64,000 nt of DNA from Raja brachyura. Taxonomy: Eukaryota. The position numbers and the translations under genes were made by a program. This document shows positions 24,101-36,984 of this stretch, in pieces. How positions within the stretch are numbered: position 1 is the stretch's first letter; each line of letters starts with the position of its first letter. The notes beneath the pieces are model-generated. The model was not told where the DNA came from. It worked only from the letters and a program-made list of their open reading frames with translations, and did not search any database. The stretch is taken from assembly GCA_963514005.1 (NCBI GenBank), contig OY740806.1:36952001-37016000 (forward strand), written 5' to 3'.

Positions 24101-27100
24101 TGTCCCAGTGGGTGAACCTGTTCATTGTCACTGTGGTGGGGGTTCATTCCTTGTCACATGACTTCTGTATCCCACTCCACAGCAGGTCAGGCTACATCTG
24201 TGGAAAGAGAAATCGAGTGAACGTTTCATGTCACTGACTCTTCATTTGAGCAGACGAGAGAGTATATGCAGTCAAATGCAGAGGACGTGGGGGGGGGGGG
24301 GGGGGAAGCACCAAGATCGAGTACAAAGTAGTTGAGATAAATTGAGCAAAATGGTGATAATGTGAGGTGAAAGTGTGTGACGGTCAAACAAGTAAATATA
24401 GTTGAGAAGATGTGTAAATGAGATTAGACAAGATCATTCACCCAAACTTGAAGTTCGGTGCAATGTGCCCAGTAAAAAGATGAGAAGATAGATTTTTATT
24501 GTGAAGTACTTTTCAAAGTATTTGGTGAAAATAAGGCAGACACTGTGAAATTCATTGTGTGATGTGCCATGAAGGCTATTCAGTGTGTGATGTGCCATGA
24601 AGGCCATTTTGCAAGTTATCACATGTATGCATCAAAGTGGAAAAAAAACAAGTCTCAGCAGGAAGGAGTCTTGTCCAAAGAAAGTTAGAGAGTAATTCCT
24701 CGTGGCATCATGATCACAGTGTCTGCTGCTGTAGGCAGCTGAGGAATCTCCTGCAACCTCGAGTCTCCAACGCTGCAGGTTAAACAGGCAATCGGTGAGC
24801 TGTCCGTGCGGTGTTGGGCACCATTCCAGTGTTTCTCCTCCACATTGTCTTCCAGCACAATGTCTAGCCATCTGTCAAAGGTGTGGGAGCCCACTCCTGC
24901 TTCCCGCCTGCCAATGCCGCAGAAGGCAAGGCTGGCATTTGGCCATATGACTTGAGACAGTGCCATCTGCTGGTGATTGCTGGCATTACTCAATAACGTG
25001 CAAGGGCACTCTTGCTAATTCACCTTCCTTCATATAATTTGAAATGCCACGCAGTTACCATGTGTAAATGTATTGGAGGCCTGAGAATGCCACAGCTTAC
25101 GTACACAATGTTTTGTGTGTCAGACATGTCTCTCTGCCACTGCCCTGGAATAAGCTTGCCATGTCCATTATATGTTCCCATTTCTAAGGTCCAGGTGGTG
25201 GCTTTTAACGCCTTGCATTGAACGTCATTGGACCGTTACTGGAGTCCGACAACCAAATGCAGTGGGATAGAGAAGTAACGTGACAGAATCTCTCTCTAAA
25301 TGGTGTTTGGCATAATCGTTGGCACAGTGGAGTGTGGACTTCGGCATTTCTGCCTTTGTGCTGCCCTTAATTGTTAAACCAATACATGCACGTAACACCA
25401 TAATGATTTTATTCATCAAAGGGACACTTGTGGGAAAGAAAATGTTTGTGATCACTAACAAGCATATTTTTATATTATATAGATAGCAGATTTCGGATTA
25501 TCAAAATGGGAAGATAGCGTGAGTGATATGGAACAAATTGAAAGGTCTGCTATGAGAGGAACCATCATCTACATGCCACCAGAATTGTCAAATAAACCTT
25601 CTGGAGTCAAGCATGATGTTTACAGGTCAGATTTCATTGAGTTACAGGATCAGGTTAAGTCTTTAAGTTTAATTTTTAGTAGCAGTCTTACTGGTATTAT
25701 TGGAATTCAGCATAGTCAGAATTGTTGTGGTTAGGTGTGAAGTTAAAGGAGACTCTTGGTTAAAGGTTGCTGCATTAATTACTTGCTATGATTTATACAT
25801 AACAATGAGAGCTGAATTCAAAAGAGCCTCATTGACTATAAATTCCTTCTGGAAAGACTGGAATAGTGAGAGGTGCTACATGGATGCCCTGATGAAACAT
25901 CAACAACTTGAACTGTTGTCTAGTTTCCCGTTCTGGGGTGGTGCCTGTCCTGAGAGGTTCCACATTTTGTTTTTGTTTCAGATTTCCAGCATTCACATTT
26001 ATTTTGTAATTCTCCTTTACTGTAAGGATGTGCAATGTTTGTTTTTGTTCTTTCCATTTTCTTCCAAATGTGCAGTTTGTGACTGTTTGCTTTATGCTGC
26101 TTCATTTGGCCCTTGCTCTTTGTTTGATCATCGCTCCATGAACACAGCACTATCTCTGAATAAAAAACCTAATCTTAGGAAATCATCAGCATTCTGCTAT
26201 GCTGAAAGTTATGTTCTCATGCACTACCTTCTCTGAGATCTGTCAACAGCTTGTAGCTGATGTGATGAGGTGAATGCCAAATAGTCCCTAAGTTCTGATA
26301 ACAAAGTTACTTCCTGAAGCAATAGTTTTTCACCACACTAAAATAAACTGCTGGAAGAACTCATGCAGGAAAAATGTTCCCAATGTTGGGTCAGTCCAGA
26401 ACCAGAGGCCACAGTATTAGAATAAAGGGGAGATCATTTAAGACTGAGCCGAGAAAAAACTTTTTTACCCAGAGAGTTGTGAATTTATGGAATTCCCTGC
26501 CACAGAGGGCAGTGGAGGCCAAATCACTGGATGGATTTAAAAGAGAGTTGGATAGAGCTCTAGGGGCTAGTGGAGTCAAGGGATATGGGGAGAAGGCAGG
26601 CACGGGTTATTGATAGCGGATGATCAGCCATGATCATATTGAATGGCGGTGCTGGCTCGAAGGGCCGAATAGCCTCCTCCTGCACCTATTTTCTATGTAA
26701 CTCAGTAAGCCAGGCAGCATCGGCTGGGGGAAATGGACAGACAATTTGGGACCTGGGCCTTCTTCAGAAGAAGGGTCCCAACCCAATACTGTCTCCAAAG
26801 ATGCTGCCTGGCCTGCTGAGTTCTTGCAGCAGTTTGTTTTTTGCTCTAGATTCCAGCATCTGCAATACCACATGTCTCTAGTTATTCCTCTTGGATTGTT
26901 CACTGATTCAAACCATGTCTTTGAAATGTTTTATATTGCTTTATATCTAAATGTTATTATTGCATTGAAAATGATTTGTGATGGTGATGATTGAAGCATT
27001 TGACCTCATTGATTACATTTGAATGAAAGTAGATAATAGGAAATCTGCAATGTTCTCGGCATTTTGACTAGTAACACCTTTCCCATTAGTAACTGCGGGA

Positions 27101-30100
27101 CAGATTTCATATTCAATCTTGAATAAATTGTTTATTTCATTTTATAACAACCCTTAAACCTTCTATATAGTTCCTGAACTGCATTCCACTTACTTATCCA
27201 TCAAGCACCTGAGGAAAGAAATATAGTTATTCCAGCATCTGTGACGTTTTGATGTGACAGAACATTTCTGGGACTAAAGTGATACGACGTAAATTCAATG
27301 GAAATTCATATATTTTTTAATTACTCTATTCCACAAGGATAACAAAGTCTATTGCTGCCATATGTCAAGGTGTCTCAATGTATCTTTCACTGAAGTACCA
27401 CCTTTGAGGCACAGTCATGTAGGTATTGTGTCAGGCTCTTTGCAGCCATGAAGTTCAAACAAACAGCCATATGATCAACCAAATAAGTTTTGGTTGTGTT
27501 AATTGAATGATAAATGCTGACTAGGACATAAGGAGGGATTCCTCTACTTTGTACGTTAACCTTTGAGAAGATTCAATGAAAAGGAACTGCAGATGCAGGT
27601 TTATACCAAAGATAGACAAAAAGTGCTGGATTAACTCAGCAGGTGAGGCAGCATCTTTGGAGAAAATTGGCAGGTGACGTTGCGGTTCGGGGACTTTCAG
27701 ACTGAAGAAAAGTCCTGACCTGAAACTTCACTGATCCATTTTCTCCAGAGATGCTGTCTGATCCGCTGACCGAATCCAGCACTCTGGAAGAAGGCACCTT
27801 CAACGTTGTAGAATCCCTAAAATACTGCAGTGTAGTTCCTGGCTGTTTGTACACAAGCCTATGGATTTCCCTGTCTTCCAACTCAGGGTCAAGAGAGCTC
27901 CTCACTAACCACAGAGAATATGCCAAGGAGTACCTGAATAAATCAGCACCTGAGGGAAGGGACAGAAGCATATGAAGGAGAAAGGAAAAAAAGAAAAGAT
28001 TAATAAAGTTGGATGAAATCAGATTGGGCAATTGGAAACACACACCCTCATGCTGATGGATGAAGCTAGTGGGAAAAAATACCAATCTCCTCGTGAATCT
28101 TTGCTACACATTCCATGTTTGTTAAACTTCATGCTGGCAACAATAACACTGCCACTAAACTAATTTACATAACATTATTATTTGGGGTGAAACAAATCTT
28201 AAAAACCTACAAGCAAACAGATTTTGTCACTAATATTCATAGAAGCTAGTCATATTTCAGTGAATTAGAGCAGCTGTATCATTTAGCAGTCAGAATGTAA
28301 GCACTTATTATGCAAATTAATATTAAAGCTTTCAGTGCCCTCTAACCATTTAACGCGACACAAAGGTATGGTACGTGCATCAATACTTGTTTACCCAACA
28401 TCTCTCTGCTCAGCCACCTACATTACCCACTAGTTTGACAACAGTTTTATTTTAAAACCTTAAATCTTTTATTCAATGTTTTTTTCAAGAATGTTCTTCC
28501 ACAGTCCCATTCTTCCCTACATCTGTAATCTTTAGCCGCTGAGATCATTGCTTCTCTCCCATTCTGTTGTGAATCGATTCATCGTAGGTTGTTATTCCTT
28601 CAGCCCCCTAGGTATAAAGGTTTAGAATTCCCTCCTTGGACTACATACTCCACCCTCTCTCCTACTCAATATTCCCCACAAAGCCTACTGTGCCTCTAAG
28701 ATAGGATAGTGACACTGAGAGTAATTTTGGATGGGCAAATGGATATGCTGGGAATGGATGATGTACAGGCAGGTAAGATAAGGTCTTGGCATCATGTTCG
28801 GCACAGACTTCCTGGTCTGAAGGGCCTGTTCTAGTGTACACAAAAGGCTGGAGAAACTCAGCGGGTGCAGCAGCATCTAAGGAGCGAAGGAGATAGGCGA
28901 CGTTTTGGGTCGAGACCCTTCTTCAGACTGGTTAGGGATCAGGGAAACGAGAGACATAGACGGTGATGTGGAGAGATAAAGAACAATGAATGATCACAGA
29001 GGGGGAGCAGTTAGAGAGGAAGTTGTGAAACTGTCTTCCTGTTCTTGTGTGCTATGTTCTATAACCAAGATTTTGAATCTCTTTTAAGATCTCATGTGGT
29101 TCAATGTGAACTTTTGTTTCAGAACACACTTGTAAAGTATATTGAGAGATTTTTGTATAATACAATTAACAGTTGATGCTTTTGTTGAATTGTGCTGGTG
29201 TCATTTCTTTGCCCGGTTAAAGAAGATTAGCATTTGATTTGCGCTGGACAACTGTGCTGTCCTGAAGAAACTTACGGTGAATGTTTTTTTCAGCTTCTCC
29301 ATTGTGATGTGGGAGGTCGTGACTCAGCAGAAGCCCTATGCTGGTAAGACCATCACTAGCTCTCCTTGCAAGAACATCCCTACAGTCATCATGGCAACAG
29401 CTAATCCCTTTACAATGGGATTTATGATTTACTTTAAGAAGGATGCATTATTATTATCATTTAATTATGAGCACTAACATTAATTTTGTTTGAGTTTTGT
29501 GGTCGATGTACATGGATGTGTTGAATACAATTAAGTTATCTGCTTGATTTTCAACTTCATTACAGAGGTACTTGGTGATCCCTGTAGAAATCATAGAATG
29601 TTGCTCCTCAGAAAATAATTCAGTTGTTTACCTGATTCATCATGGCATTAAATCATTTTACTTCCTCTGAGACTGCACTGGTGAACATGTTTATTGATCT
29701 GTTTAGGAAAAGTAGTTTAGCAGCTGCATCTTATATTAATGCAAAAGAAACATTGACACAAATTATACCTGTGCAGTGAAAGCTATTTCATGTAAAACGA
29801 AACGCAAGCATACACTTCTGAATATATTCTAAATGATTCTGGCCAACACGTCAACTGTTTATTCCTTCTTATTTTTCTCAAATTACTGTGAGGTAATGTG
29901 TTTATAATTAATTCTGCCTTTGTTGAAGAGCAGATTTGATACGTGATTCAAGTCATGTTGTGCTTTGGCAGGTTAAAGAGAGTGAAGCAGTTCCCATTAG
30001 ATTTGATTCAGGGACCAAGAGATGGTGGTGATGATCTAGACTGTCTCCAGGGATAGTTTAGTCCAGTTTAGTTTAGTTAAGAGATACAGCGCTGAAACAG

Positions 30101-33100
30101 GTCTTACGTCCCACCGAGTCCGTGCCGACCTGCGATCCTCGCAGACTAACGCTATCCTACACACACTAGGGACAATTTACAATTTTACGAAGCCACTTAG
30201 TCTACCGTCTTTGTAGTGTGGGAGGAAACTGGAACTCCCAGAGAAAGCCGGCGCAAGTCACGGGGAGGTCGTACAAACTCCGTACAGACAGCACCCGTAG
30301 TCAGGATCGATCCTGGGTCTCTGGCGCTGTCAGGCAGCAACTCTACCGCTGAGTGGGTAGTAGAAACAAGGAATGGATGGGTAGAAGAGAAATAATGTGC
30401 AAGGCTGTGGAGAAAGAAGAGGGAATGGAACTAAATAGATTGCTCTACAGTGAGCAGCCATGGACTCGGCAAGATGAACACTTTCCTTCTCTTCTGTAAC
30501 AGCTCTATGATTCTCATTTAACAACACAGTGTGTGTACGTGTGTGTGTGTACGTGTGTGTGTACGTGTGTGTACGTGTGTGTGCGTGCTTTTGTGTACGT
30601 GTGTGTACGTGTGTGTACGTGTGTGTGTGCGCGTGTATGCGTGTACATTTGCAAAATACCTGTTCTTGGTAATGTTATATTTGTATACTTAAGCAACAGG
30701 ACTCCATCTTGAGTCGTACACAGTTTTTATTAAGACAAGAGCTGGTGTATTTCAGTATCCAAATGCTTCCATTTACCGTTCTACATGTCAGGAACTGACG
30801 TACTGGCTGTATTTGTGAAAGTTGTGGCAGGAGAGAGACCGTGCTTGAAAATAATCCCAGAAGACGGTCCTCCAGGATGCGCACAGGTGGTTGAACTGAT
30901 GCAAAGATGTTGGAACCGGGAACCAAAGAGACGACCTGCATTCTCAGGCAAGCTGGTTATTGATGATGGGGCCAACTCTTTACAGGGAACTGCAGCTTTT
31001 GTTCACAAATAGTTCTAAGCTAGGTGTTGAAGGAGGGTCCTGACCTGAAACAACACGTTGGTTGGAGAGAGAAACAGAGTTAATGTTTTGGTTTATGGTC
31101 TTTCATCAGAGCAACCTAATGAAAGATCACCAAGCTAAAATATTAGAGAGCAGAAACAAGGAACTGCAGATGCTGGTTTACACTGGACTAACTCAGTGGC
31201 TCAGGCAACATCTCTGGAGAACATGAATAGGTGACGTTTAGGGTCGGGACCCTTCTTCAGACTGATCAGTCCAGACCTTTGTGTCGCTATTCAGTAAAGT
31301 ATTAACTCTGTACTTCCATCCAATGCTGCTTGGCCCGCTGAGTATTTACAGTATTCCCTGCTTTAATTAAAACCAGTAAATCAATCATCATTTTTTTATC
31401 ATTTTCTTTTCTAGAAATCGTTGTGGAAACTGAAATGTTGTGCAGCCTGTTACAATTCCCAGATATTGACGGCAGTAAGACAACTGAGAAAGCAAGAATG
31501 TGTCTGCATTCACCACATAGTGGCCTTCACGTACGCCGATCTCCTGTGGGAGCCTTTATCTTCACAAAAAACTGTGTTCAATAGAAAAATAAGTAAAATA
31601 ACAAACTGATGAATCTAGAGAAGTTGCAGAACAGATTCACAAGGATGGACAGAGTAGAGAGTTGCAGCCTAGTTCCAAGGCTACAAGGGTCAGCCACTAG
31701 AGGGCATAGGTTTAAGGGAAGAGGGAAAAGATTTAAATGGGATCTGAGGGCCAAGTTCTTTCACACGGAGGTAAAGAGAAGTGGTCGAGGTGGGTACGAT
31801 TACAACATTTTAAAGGCATTTGGACATGTACAAGTCTTTTCCGCGGATAGGAACATTTTAGAGGGATATGGGCCAAACGCAGGCAAATGGGACTAGTATA
31901 GACAGGCGTCTTGGTCAGCATGGATGAATGGGGCCGAAGGGTCTGTTTCCATGCTGTGCCACTCTATGAATCTAACAGTAGTTTCGCAACTGAGATTAAG
32001 CCATAGTAATTCATAGTAAATTAGATAATTTTAAACAGTAGTTTATCCTTTAATAGATGAAAATGGGCAGTTAATTTGTATACAATATGATCCCCAAAAC
32101 ATAAGAGGGCAGTCATTTTTTTGATATGTTGAATTTGGATAAGTGAACCTCAAAATAGTGCAGTAGTAATTTCCATATGTGCCTGAGGGAGTATTAAAGA
32201 AGTTTTGAAAAACCTCTTGTGAATGGTGGTGTCTTTAACAATGCAGTGCTCTTTATTACAACAATTAAGTATTCATCAATATGTTTATGTTCAATTATTC
32301 ACAATTATCGGATTCAGAATCACGAGTGCCAGCCACAATAATGCAGCTGAGGCATGGATAGGTTGTTTTTATATCTGCAGGTAGGAAGTGCTGACAGTCA
32401 GATGAAATAAAGTAAGAAAGTATGGCTAATTCACTCATGAATGTTCAAAACATGCGTGTCCTGGCAAGGCAAGAACTTGTTCACCATCTTCAACAGCCCT
32501 TGAGGAGCTGGCTTTACCTTGCACTAAATGTTATTCCCTGATGTATCTGCACTGTAAATGCCTCGATTGTAATCATGTATTGTCTTGCTGCTGACAGGTT
32601 AACACGCAACAAAAGCTTTTCACTGTACCTCGGTACACGTGACAATAAACTAAACTTAACTGAACTGGTGGTGAGCCACGAGCTCTTCTGGCGAATGTAC
32701 CTGAGTCCTACTTTTGTAGGGAGTTTCAGGATTTAAGGGCCTGTCCTACAAGCATGCAACTCCATGCGATGAGCGCGACCTAACGTGGTCGCTTGAGCCG
32801 TCCGGCGTCGCGGGGCCGGTCCCACTTCGATCGCCGGAGCCGTTTCTCAAGGGAGAACAATTAAAGTTCCCAGCCACTAAAATTAAAAACATAAAAGTTA
32901 AATAAATAAAGTTTTATTGACACCAGTGCAATGATGCTGTATTAAACAGTATATTATACAGCCTTTAGTGTTTTTAGATTCTTTAGCATGCAGTAACAAA
33001 AATAAACTTATAGACATTAAAAGTTATTAAAGAGATCTTTAATTCTGTTCTGCTTATGGGAAATTGACCAGATACAGATTGCAGATAGTAGACAGTGAAT

Positions 33101-36100
33101 TAGATGATTGCACACATCAACATTGACTTGTATCTGATGTGCAATTCAGACAGCAAACATTCATCACTTACAAAATGACACTGACTTAGTAAGTTGCCAC
33201 AGAAGGCTGTGGAGGCCAAGTCAACAGATATATTTAAGGCAGTGATAGATTCTTAATTAGTATGGGTGTCAGAGATTATGGCGAGAATGCAAGAGAATGG
33301 GGTTGGAGGGAGATATAGACCAGTCATGATTGAATGGCGGAGTAGACTTGATGGGCCGAATGGGCTAATTCTGCTCCTATAACTTATGACCTTATGACTA
33401 AGTAGTTTTTGAGAAAATCAAATGAACAAAGATTTAGAATTCCCAAACAACAATCAGCATTCTTATTTTTTCCTTTCTTCTAGAATGGAACAATAATTTC
33501 AGAGATTGCAAGTTGTGAATTGCAGAAGTTGAGTCTGTTGTCGGGGACTGAAACCGATGGTGAGTATGTACGTGCTCCCCAGAGTAAGATTGGACCATAT
33601 TCAGTGGTGTTTTGAAGCATTAGAGAACCAGGTCCGCCTTGGGTTTCAAACATCTGATTTTGTTTTTATCTGCAGGGGCTGTGCAAGCTGAGTTCAATCA
33701 TTTAAGGCTGAGGTTAATGTATTTTAAGGTGATAACAAAGTTATTGAGATCAAATAGGAAAGTGGATGAGATAGTAATTAGTTATGATATTACTGAGTGG
33801 TGGAGCATGCAGCAGACTCCTCCGTCATGCACTCTCACTCCATTCATTTCTTCTCTGTATTATAAATCATTGTGGGCCAATCCACTCTGCAATAGCTGCA
33901 ATAATAATTGGAATCATATCTTCATGAACCTATTAAAAAGCGAAAGGATCCTGCAGCTTCTGGAAATCTGAGAAAAAACAGAAATGGTTCAGCAGGCCAG
34001 GCAGTATCTGGAGAGACAAGCAGAGACAAAAGCAGAGTTGCAACTCATCCCAGCAACTAATGACCACTGTGTATTTCATGGGTTTATCATTGGTTACAGT
34101 AAAGCTGAGTTGAGTTCTGCTTGCCAGATTATCACCACGACCTGTGTGCTGGAACCTTCAGCAAAATACAAACTGTTGGGGGAACTCAGTGGGTCTGTGG
34201 AAGAAATGGACAGGCGACATTTTGGGTCGGGAACCTCCTCAAGACAGCCAAAACAGTGCCTGCCCATATTCTACATCGATGTTGCCTGACCTGAGTTGCT
34301 CCAACACAGCTTCAAAACTCTGATTTGAAATATCGAGTTTTAGTTTCTTATTCACAATCTTGTTAACAGATAGCAAGAACTGTGGGAAATGATGCCTGAA
34401 AATTAAATAAACATACAAAATGCTATAAATACTCAGCCAGCCAAGCTGCTTCTCTAAAGGGACCTATGTTCACCTAGGGACAAGTTCACCTATGCATGTT
34501 CTCCAGAGATGCTGCCTGACCCGCTGAGTTACTCTGCACATTGTGTCCTGCCTCGCCAGTAAGACTTGGTCTTGGTTTTCTGTGCTTTGCTTGTCATCTC
34601 TGATACTCTGGTGAGATTTGATGCAAAATGGTTTGTGGATTAATGTTCGAAAAATCAGGTCAGTCACTGTTCTCTCATGAAGGGTCATTGACCAGAAATG
34701 TTGATTCTATTTCCCTCCACAGATGCTGTCTGACCTGCTAACTATCCTCAGCAGTTTACATCTTTATGCAGGATCATATTGAATGACAGAGTGGTATTGC
34801 ACCGTCCTTTCCCTGTTTCTGCTCATAACCCTCTCTACTTATTGCAGATGAAATCTCCATTGATTCTAGAAGGGAACTGTTGCACTCTCTACTCGAAAGT
34901 GACCTCAGTCATTTGAAGAGGATATTCAGAAAAGAGCATGTTAGCCTGAACTTTGTGGAAGACTACACTTTGATGCACTTGTCCGTTCTGACTGGAGATG
35001 TGGAGTTTGTTCAGCTGGTTCTGGAGTCTGGGGGATGTGTAAATGATCAGACATCGCAAGGGACCACACCTCTGATACTGGCTGTGCAGTACAGGTTTGT
35101 GCATCTGTGTAACTTACTGATCCAGGAGGGAGCCATTGTCAATCTAGTGGATGAAGACAAATGGGCACCTCTGCATTTTGCATCTCAGAATGGGGATGAC
35201 CACATTGCCCGGCTGCTCTTGGACAAGGATGCCCAGGTCAATGTGAAGGAGGCTGATGGATGGACACCACTCCACCTGGCCTCCCAGAACAGCCATGAGA
35301 ATGTGATGCGAGTGCTCTTCACTCGAGGTGCAGACACCAGCTCACTGGACCATGAACATTGCACATGCCTTCACCTTGCTGCATATTATGGTTACTACAG
35401 CATCACCAAGCTACTGATTGCTCAAGGAGCCAATTTAAATGAAGCACAGACTGGCCTGAAGACGCCACTACATCTAGCAGCTGCAAGGGGTTTCTTCAGA
35501 GTGGCGAGGTTACTGGTGAACAGTGGAGCTGATATCAATAGTCTAGACCACACTCATTACACCCCGCTGCATTTGGCAGCATTGAATGGCCACACTGGCA
35601 TCTGCCGGCATCTCTTGAAGCATGGGGCTGATGTCCAGCAAAAGTCCTTGCAGAATTGGACCCCCTTGCACCTTGCTGCTCTGAAGGGTCACACATCAAC
35701 TGTACGTCTTCTGATTGAACATTTATCTGATCTTAATGTTGGTGGAGACCTTGAGTGGACTTCACTGCACCTGGCAACGTGCCACAACCAAGAGGATGTT
35801 GTCTCCGAGCTCCTGGAGAGAGGTGCCAATCCCAATGCCACTGAAGCTTCAGGATGGACACCGCTGCACCTGGCTGCCCACGGAGGCAGATTCCGCTGCC
35901 TTGTCAAGCTGCTGGACCACCAAGCCAATGTGAATGCTGTCAGTCACACCGGATGGACATCGCTGCATCTGGCAGCCATGAGTGGGGGTGTGAACATCGT
36001 AAGGATGTTGATCATGCAGGGAGCTGACCTGATGGCCCGAGACCAGTATCTCAACACTCCCCTGCAGTTGGCTATGAAGCACCGGAACCACAACGTGGCC

Positions 36101-36142
36101 AATGTACTCTCAGCTGAAGAAACAGCAAAGCATGATTCATGA
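20958..36142 (+). CDS. ANKK1: ANKK1 (ankyrin repeat and kinase domain containing 1, RIPK4 paralogue); join(20958..21160,23432..23723,25483..25625,29294..29343,30792..30947,31415..31530,33484..33559,34848..36142), ~776 aa
   Basis: Eight exons join in frame (2331 nt) with AG acceptors and GT donors (one GC). Motifs [39 protein letters not shown] and [13 protein letters not shown] resemble human ANKK1; ~12 C-terminal ankyrin repeats; adjacent to TMPRSS5. Confidence 0.9.
21835..21990. other. assembly gap (N run)
   Basis: Run of n characters. Confidence 1.
21991..23284 (-). mobile_element. non-autonomous Helitron
   Basis: Minus strand starts a|TCTATATTA; GC hairpin GGGACCC-AAC-GGGTCCC lies ~10 nt before the end ACTTAGTCT, where the expected CTAG terminus is cut by the gap; internal 19-bp tandem repeat at 22712-22815. 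Confidence 0.7.
23432..23723 (+). CDS. ANKK1: ANKK1 exon 2 (alphaC to catalytic loop)
   Basis: tacag acceptor; [12 protein letters not shown]...[18 protein letters not shown]; donor AAG|GT. Confidence 0.92.
24958..24975 (-). promoter_or_regulatory. candidate CTCF site
   Basis: Minus strand CCAGCAGATGGCAC matches the CCASYAGRKGGCRS core. Confidence 0.45.
25483..25625 (+). CDS. ANKK1: ANKK1 exon 3 (DFG, activation segment, PPE)
   Basis: [47 protein letters not shown]; tag| and |gtcaga. Confidence 0.92.
26363..26700 (+). mobile_element. CR1 3' fragment
   Basis: [19 protein letters not shown]...[14 protein letters not shown]. Confidence 0.85.
28835..28995 (-). mobile_element. PLE terminal repeat fragment
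   Basis: Near-identical to ~62815-62970. Confidence 0.7.
29294..29343 (+). CDS. ANKK1: ANKK1 exon 4
   Basis: 50-bp exon [16 protein letters not shown]; tttcag| and |gtaaga. Confidence 0.92.
30060..30350 (-). mobile_element. tRNA-derived SINE (HE1-like) with (TAAAC)n tail
   Basis: Minus strand cagcggtagagttgctgcc...ggatcgatcc A/B-box-like head. Confidence 0.7.
30527..30646. repeat. (GT)n/(GTAC) microsatellite
   Basis: Visible. Confidence 0.95.
30792..30947 (+). CDS. ANKK1: ANKK1 exon 5 (kinase C-lobe; GC donor)
   Basis: [18 protein letters not shown]...[17 protein letters not shown]; donor CAG|GCAAGC gives the phase needed for exon 6. Confidence 0.85.
31415..31530 (+). CDS. ANKK1: ANKK1 exon 6
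   Basis: Strong polypyrimidine+tag acceptor; [13 protein letters not shown] resembles human ITIETDILLSLLQ; donor CAC|GTACGC, phase 0 (3' boundary less certain). Confidence 0.75.
31610..31970 (+). mobile_element. degenerate CR1 3' fragment
   Basis: [31 protein letters not shown]. Confidence 0.75.
32736..32843. mobile_element. truncated PIF/Harbinger-like MITE end
   Basis: TTA+AGGGCCTGTCC; reverse complement of ~40290-40398. Confidence 0.7.
33484..33559 (+). CDS. ANKK1: ANKK1 exon 7 (linker)
   Basis: ttcctttcttctag| acceptor, G|GTGAGT donor, open frame [25 protein letters not shown]; phases 0/1 bridge exons 6 and 8. Confidence 0.75.
34848..36142 (+). CDS. ANKK1: ANKK1 exon 8 (~12 ankyrin repeats, stop)
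   Basis: ttgcag| acceptor in frame with ORF 34880..36142; repeated TPLHLAA...LL..GA motifs. Confidence 0.95.
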
Positions 36143-36381
36143 CTTACCTTGTGATGGGCTGCTCACAAACACAAAACACTTGATGTTGGGGATTTAAAAT
36201 CTGCTAAGGGATTGACCTCCCACATCTGAATCTCTGCTTGAATTGAGACCAGTGTTGAATGTAAACTTCCTCAGAATGACAGGGTGCCCAGAGGAAGAAC
36301 AGTGGAGGACCCGGCGTGGGGGGGGGGGGGGGGGGGGCAACCATGGACCCGGCGTGGGGGGCAATAGAGGATCACATTTAA

Positions 36382-36387
36382 AATAAA
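36382..36387 (+). promoter_or_regulatory. candidate ANKK1 polyadenylation signal AATAAA
   Basis: AATAAA ~240 bp after the stop codon, with T-rich sequence downstream. Confidence 0.35.
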
Positions 36388-36984
36388 ATCTAACATTTTC
36401 CATTTTATCACAGTGTTCTTTTACTAAATTATTGTACATGCTTGATAGACACAAAGTACTGGAGGAACTCAGCAGCTCAATGCATCACTAGAGAACATGG
36501 ATAGGTGATGCTTTGGATCAGGACTCTTCTTCAGACTTCAGTTTGAATAAAGATCCCGGCCCAAAATTTCACCCATCCATGTTCTCCAGAGATGCTGACT
36601 GACCTGTCGAGTTTCTCCAGCATTTTGTGTCTATCTTCGGTTTAAATAAGCATCTGTAGTTCCTTGTTATTCCACCTTTTGATGCAGTAATTAGCCCCAA
36701 AACATTGAGCAATGTGAAATTTGTCATAGAGTCATAGAGTGATTCAGCGTGGATACAGGCCTCTTGTCCCATGCTCACACTGGCCAACAATGTCCCAGCT
36801 ACACTAGTCCTACCTTCCTGCACTTGGTCCATATCCCTCCAAACCTGTCCTATCCACAAATTTGTCTTTTTACTTACAGTGTGTTGTAAAGAGTTGATGA
36901 AAAATATCAGCTGAGTCTGGGTATCAACCATCTTTGGATTGTCCCCCATTACAATAGATTAATCTCTACCAATCCATGGCACTT

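Noticed and set aside
30270-30350. tRNA gene
   Set aside because: The A/B-box-like head belongs to a SINE and no full cloverleaf is evident.
20958-36142. Calling the kinase-ankyrin gene RIPK4
   Set aside because: The short linker, the SKW..IERSA.RG activation segment, ~12 ankyrin repeats and TMPRSS5 adjacency fit ANKK1 better; a phylogeny would be decisive.
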